Below, one piece after another: positions 18,161 to 20,000 of a stretch of DNA of 20,000 bases. Below the pieces are notes generated by a model. That model was not told the DNA's origin. It saw only the letters and a list, made by a program, of their open reading frames with translations, and searched no databases. The DNA comes from an uncultured virus (IMG/VR IMGVR_UViG_3300027749_000050) (lineage: Duplodnaviria; Heunggongvirae; Uroviricota; Caudoviricetes): the IMG/VR virus record IMGVR_UViG_3300027749_000050, one strand, 5' to 3'. Every line of letters begins with the position of its first letter. Position 1 is the first letter of the stretch. A program made the translations under genes and the position numbers.

Positions 18161-20000
18161 TTAAATTATATCAAATTTATAACCTTGTTTTTTTAATTGT
18201 TCTAACTCTTCATCTGTTACATCCATTTCATCTCCTATAGTTACAGAACCTCCCATTTTATATCCTTGACCTTTTAAATAAAACCCTGCACCACCAGAAC
18301 TATTAACTTCATATTTTTTCCAATCTGCAGAAGATATTTTATTTCCTTTTTTCATAAACCCTCTAGAATAAGTACCATTATCTAAAACAATTAATTTTAC
18401 TTTAGAAAGTTTGTGTTTAGCTTTAAATTCTTCTAGTGCTTTATCAACATCTGATAATGATCCACCAACAAGAATTTTTTCTTTAAAGTCTGGAGTGGCA
18501 ATAACTATTTTACCACCTGTATTTTGTCCATAAGTTTTATCTTGATCTTTACCTGCATTTGGTACAAGGAAAGGTAAATAAGTTTCACCCTTGTCAGTTT
18601 TTACATGAGGTACTTTAGAAGTCTTTTTATTACTTGTTTCTGTACCTAACTTATAGTTACCTTTTGCATCTTTAATAAAACCTTCTGTTTCTACACTTCT
18701 AAAATCAGACATAGTAAGATTCTTTCCTTTCATATCTTTACCATACCCTAATTGGAATGTACCATTATCATCTATACCACCATATATAACATTATCTTTT
18801 ATCTCATTATCTTTATATTTTCTAATTGTATTAGTACCTAAGAAATCATCAGATGCACTGTTTCTTCTTTTAGATTTTGATGAGTATTCAGCAGCAAATG
18901 GAGTTAATACTAATCCAGCAGTTTCTGTAATACCATTTTGTTCTGTTGATGGTTTGCCTCCTCTGTTTTTAAATCCAAACTTAGCTCTATTTAAATCAAC
19001 ATACATAGGAGCATGATAAAAATTAGGATCTTCTCTATCTGTATCTACTACTTGTTTACCAAAAACTACAGGAGGAGGTAAACTATCTTTAACATTAGGG
19101 TTGACTACAGGTATTGTAAAGTTAGTAATTGCTGTTGAGTCATCTCCTTTTGCAAGTCCTTTATCTCTAACACTTTTATTTTGATAAGCATCCCATAATC
19201 CTGATATACCTCTTTCTTCAAAAATAGATTTAGCATCTTGGAATGTTTCATTATTAGCAAGTTTGTCACTTAATTTTATTGCTAAAGAAGGATTACCTGT
19301 AAACATTCCTAAAACGTCACTCATTTCTATATCATTTGAAATTGGTTTTTGTTTCTTTTTTATAGGATCACTTTCTTCAACCTCAGTTTGTTTATTAACT
19401 TTTTTAAATGCTGGAACAATACTAAGTGGATTTATTGGATTTTTAGCCCAAGCATTTTCATTAAAAGATTGAGTTCCTATTTTTGAAGGCTGTTGCTTTT
19501 TAACTATTGGTTGTTGTTTTTTAACTACAGGAGCAGTTGCTTTATAATTATTAACAAAGCTAGTAGAGTTAAGAGGATTATTAGCCCATGCTTGAGTATT
19601 AAAAGATTGTGCTGGAGAAGGAGTTCTAAAATTTGCTAATACTTTTCCTCGTCCTGCTGGATTTGAAAATCCTCCAAATGGATTAGTATTAATAGGAGTA
19701 GTCACTTCTTCAACTTCTTCAGTATCTCTAACTTGCCTAACTGGTTTTTTCTTAACAACAGGAACTACATTTTGTCTAGGTTGTTGTATCATTTGAGGAA
19801 CAGCTTTAGGAATAGAAGCTTCTTTTTCCATTTGCATCATCTTATCTACAGAAACTGGTGTGACTGTAGATTCATTTTCTTCAAGCATGTCATCATTCTG
19901 ACGTAACTTATTTAACAACTCTATATTTTTACTTCCACTAAAATCATAATTCTCCACATTATATTGTTTGGCTAATTGTTTTCTAAAAGTTTTAGTTCCT
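18161..20000 (-). CDS. Putative virion protein, 5'-truncated (>=612 aa), with DUF3597-like N-terminal segment and globular C-terminal domain
   Basis: The track's start at 19957 is an internal GTG; the frame stays open to 19999 (GTKTFRKQLAKQYNVENYDFSGSKNIELLNKLRQ). Ends with TAA at 18163-18161, 5 bp before the next ATG. Confidence 0.82.
   Translation of the reverse strand, partial: GTKTFRKQLAKQYNVENYDFSGSKNIELLNKLRQNDDMLEENESTVTPVSVDKMMQMEKEASIPKAVPQMIQQPRQNVVPVVKKKPVRQVRDTEEVEEVTTPINTNPFGGFSNPAGRGKVLANFRTPSPAQSFNTQAWANNPLNSTSFVNNYKATAPVVKKQQPIVKKQQPSKIGTQSFNENAWAKNPINPLSIVPAFKKVNKQTEVEESDPIKKKQKPISNDIEMSDVLGMFTGNPSLAIKLSDKLANNETFQDAKSIFEERGISGLWDAYQNKSVRDKGLAKGDDSTAITNFTIPVVNPNVKDSLPPPVVFGKQVVDTDREDPNFYHAPMYVDLNRAKFGFKNRGGKPSTEQNGITETAGLVLTPFAAEYSSKSKRRNSASDDFLGTNTIRKYKDNEIKDNVIYGGIDDNGTFQLGYGKDMKGKNLTMSDFRSVETEGFIKDAKGNYKLGTETSNKKTSKVPHVKTDKGETYLPFLVPNAGKDQDKTYGQNTGGKIVIATPDFKEKILVGGSLSDVDKALEEFKAKHKLSKVKLIVLDNGTYSRGFMKKGNKISSADWKKYEVNSSGGAGFYLKGQGYKMGGSVTIGDEMDVTDEELEQLKKQGYKFDII
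19415..19609 (-). repeat. Internal repeats: QSFNxxAWAxNPxN..S.V x2 (138-bp spacing) flanking a 21-bp tandem (V/I)VKKQQP x2
   Basis: QSFNTQAWANNPLNSTSFV (19609-19553) versus QSFNENAWAKNPINPLSIV (19471-19415); VVKKQQP-IVKKQQP at 19528-19487. Confidence 0.82.

Larger units (their letters stand above)
1..20000 (-). mobile_element. Bacteriophage DNA, crAss-like (Crassvirales-related) virion cargo / virion RNA polymerase gene block
   Basis: Co-oriented very large genes with gaps of 17, 58, 18 and 5 bp; AT-rich; no SD motifs before ATGs (typical of Bacteroidota and their phages); order of muralytic protein, G/Q-rich cargo protein, ~1000-aa protein, then giant zincin+RNAP protein resembles crAss-like phage modules. 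No integrase or host gene seen, so free phage versus prophage cannot be decided. Confidence 0.85.

Noticed and set aside
13218..19465. NENAW pentapeptide shared by the 1163-aa and >=612-aa proteins
   Set aside because: Flanking residues do not align; a single 5-mer match is compatible with chance.
450..19472. Short plus-strand ORFs (63-97 aa) in the track
   Set aside because: All are antisense to long minus-strand genes, with Ile/Phe/Ser-rich shadow composition and no recognisable motifs.
19955..19957. GTG start assigned to the 598-aa ORF
   Set aside because: The frame is open to the window edge and the GTG falls inside a recognisable motif.
1..20000. Stop-codon reassignment (TAG or TGA), known in some crAss-like phages
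   Set aside because: Genes are full length under the standard code and all four visible stops are TAA; there is no ORF fragmentation to explain.
1..20000. CRISPR array, tRNA, intron, intein or DGR elements
   Set aside because: Intergenic gaps are at most 58 bp, all repeats are in-frame coding repeats with synonymous divergence, and no intein, homing-endonuclease or reverse-transcriptase motifs were seen in the parts I read.

Overview
AT-rich, almost fully coding window with five tandem minus-strand genes and gaps of only 5-58 bp. All four visible stop codons are TAA and there are no Shine-Dalgarno sites. It is best read as the virion cargo / virion RNA polymerase module of a crAss-like (Crassvirales-related) phage of a Bacteroidota host. 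In transcription order: (i) a 5'-truncated >=612-aa protein starting with a DUF3597-like segment; (ii) an 843-aa protein with three candidate peptidoglycan-hydrolase domains (GH108-like, M23, NNPxNI lysozyme-like); (iii) a 1163-aa Q/M/G-rich protein with about 18 Phi-x-x-G-G motifs, a duplicated three-helix unit and a C-terminal di-glycine; (iv) a 1069-aa putative ejected protein; (v) a giant ORF missing from the ORF track (8828 to <1, >=2942 aa) joining an ejection-protein-like N-terminus, an HEAFH zincin domain and crAss-type RNA polymerase motifs. The most unusual signals are a 24-aa acidic C-terminal module shared by two unrelated proteins, each followed by a gene starting with a basic beta-strand (possible head-to-tail docking chain), the shared Phi-x-x-G-G motif, and a triple-heptamer palindrome before the last two genes. 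All family assignments come from motif recognition by eye, not database searches.
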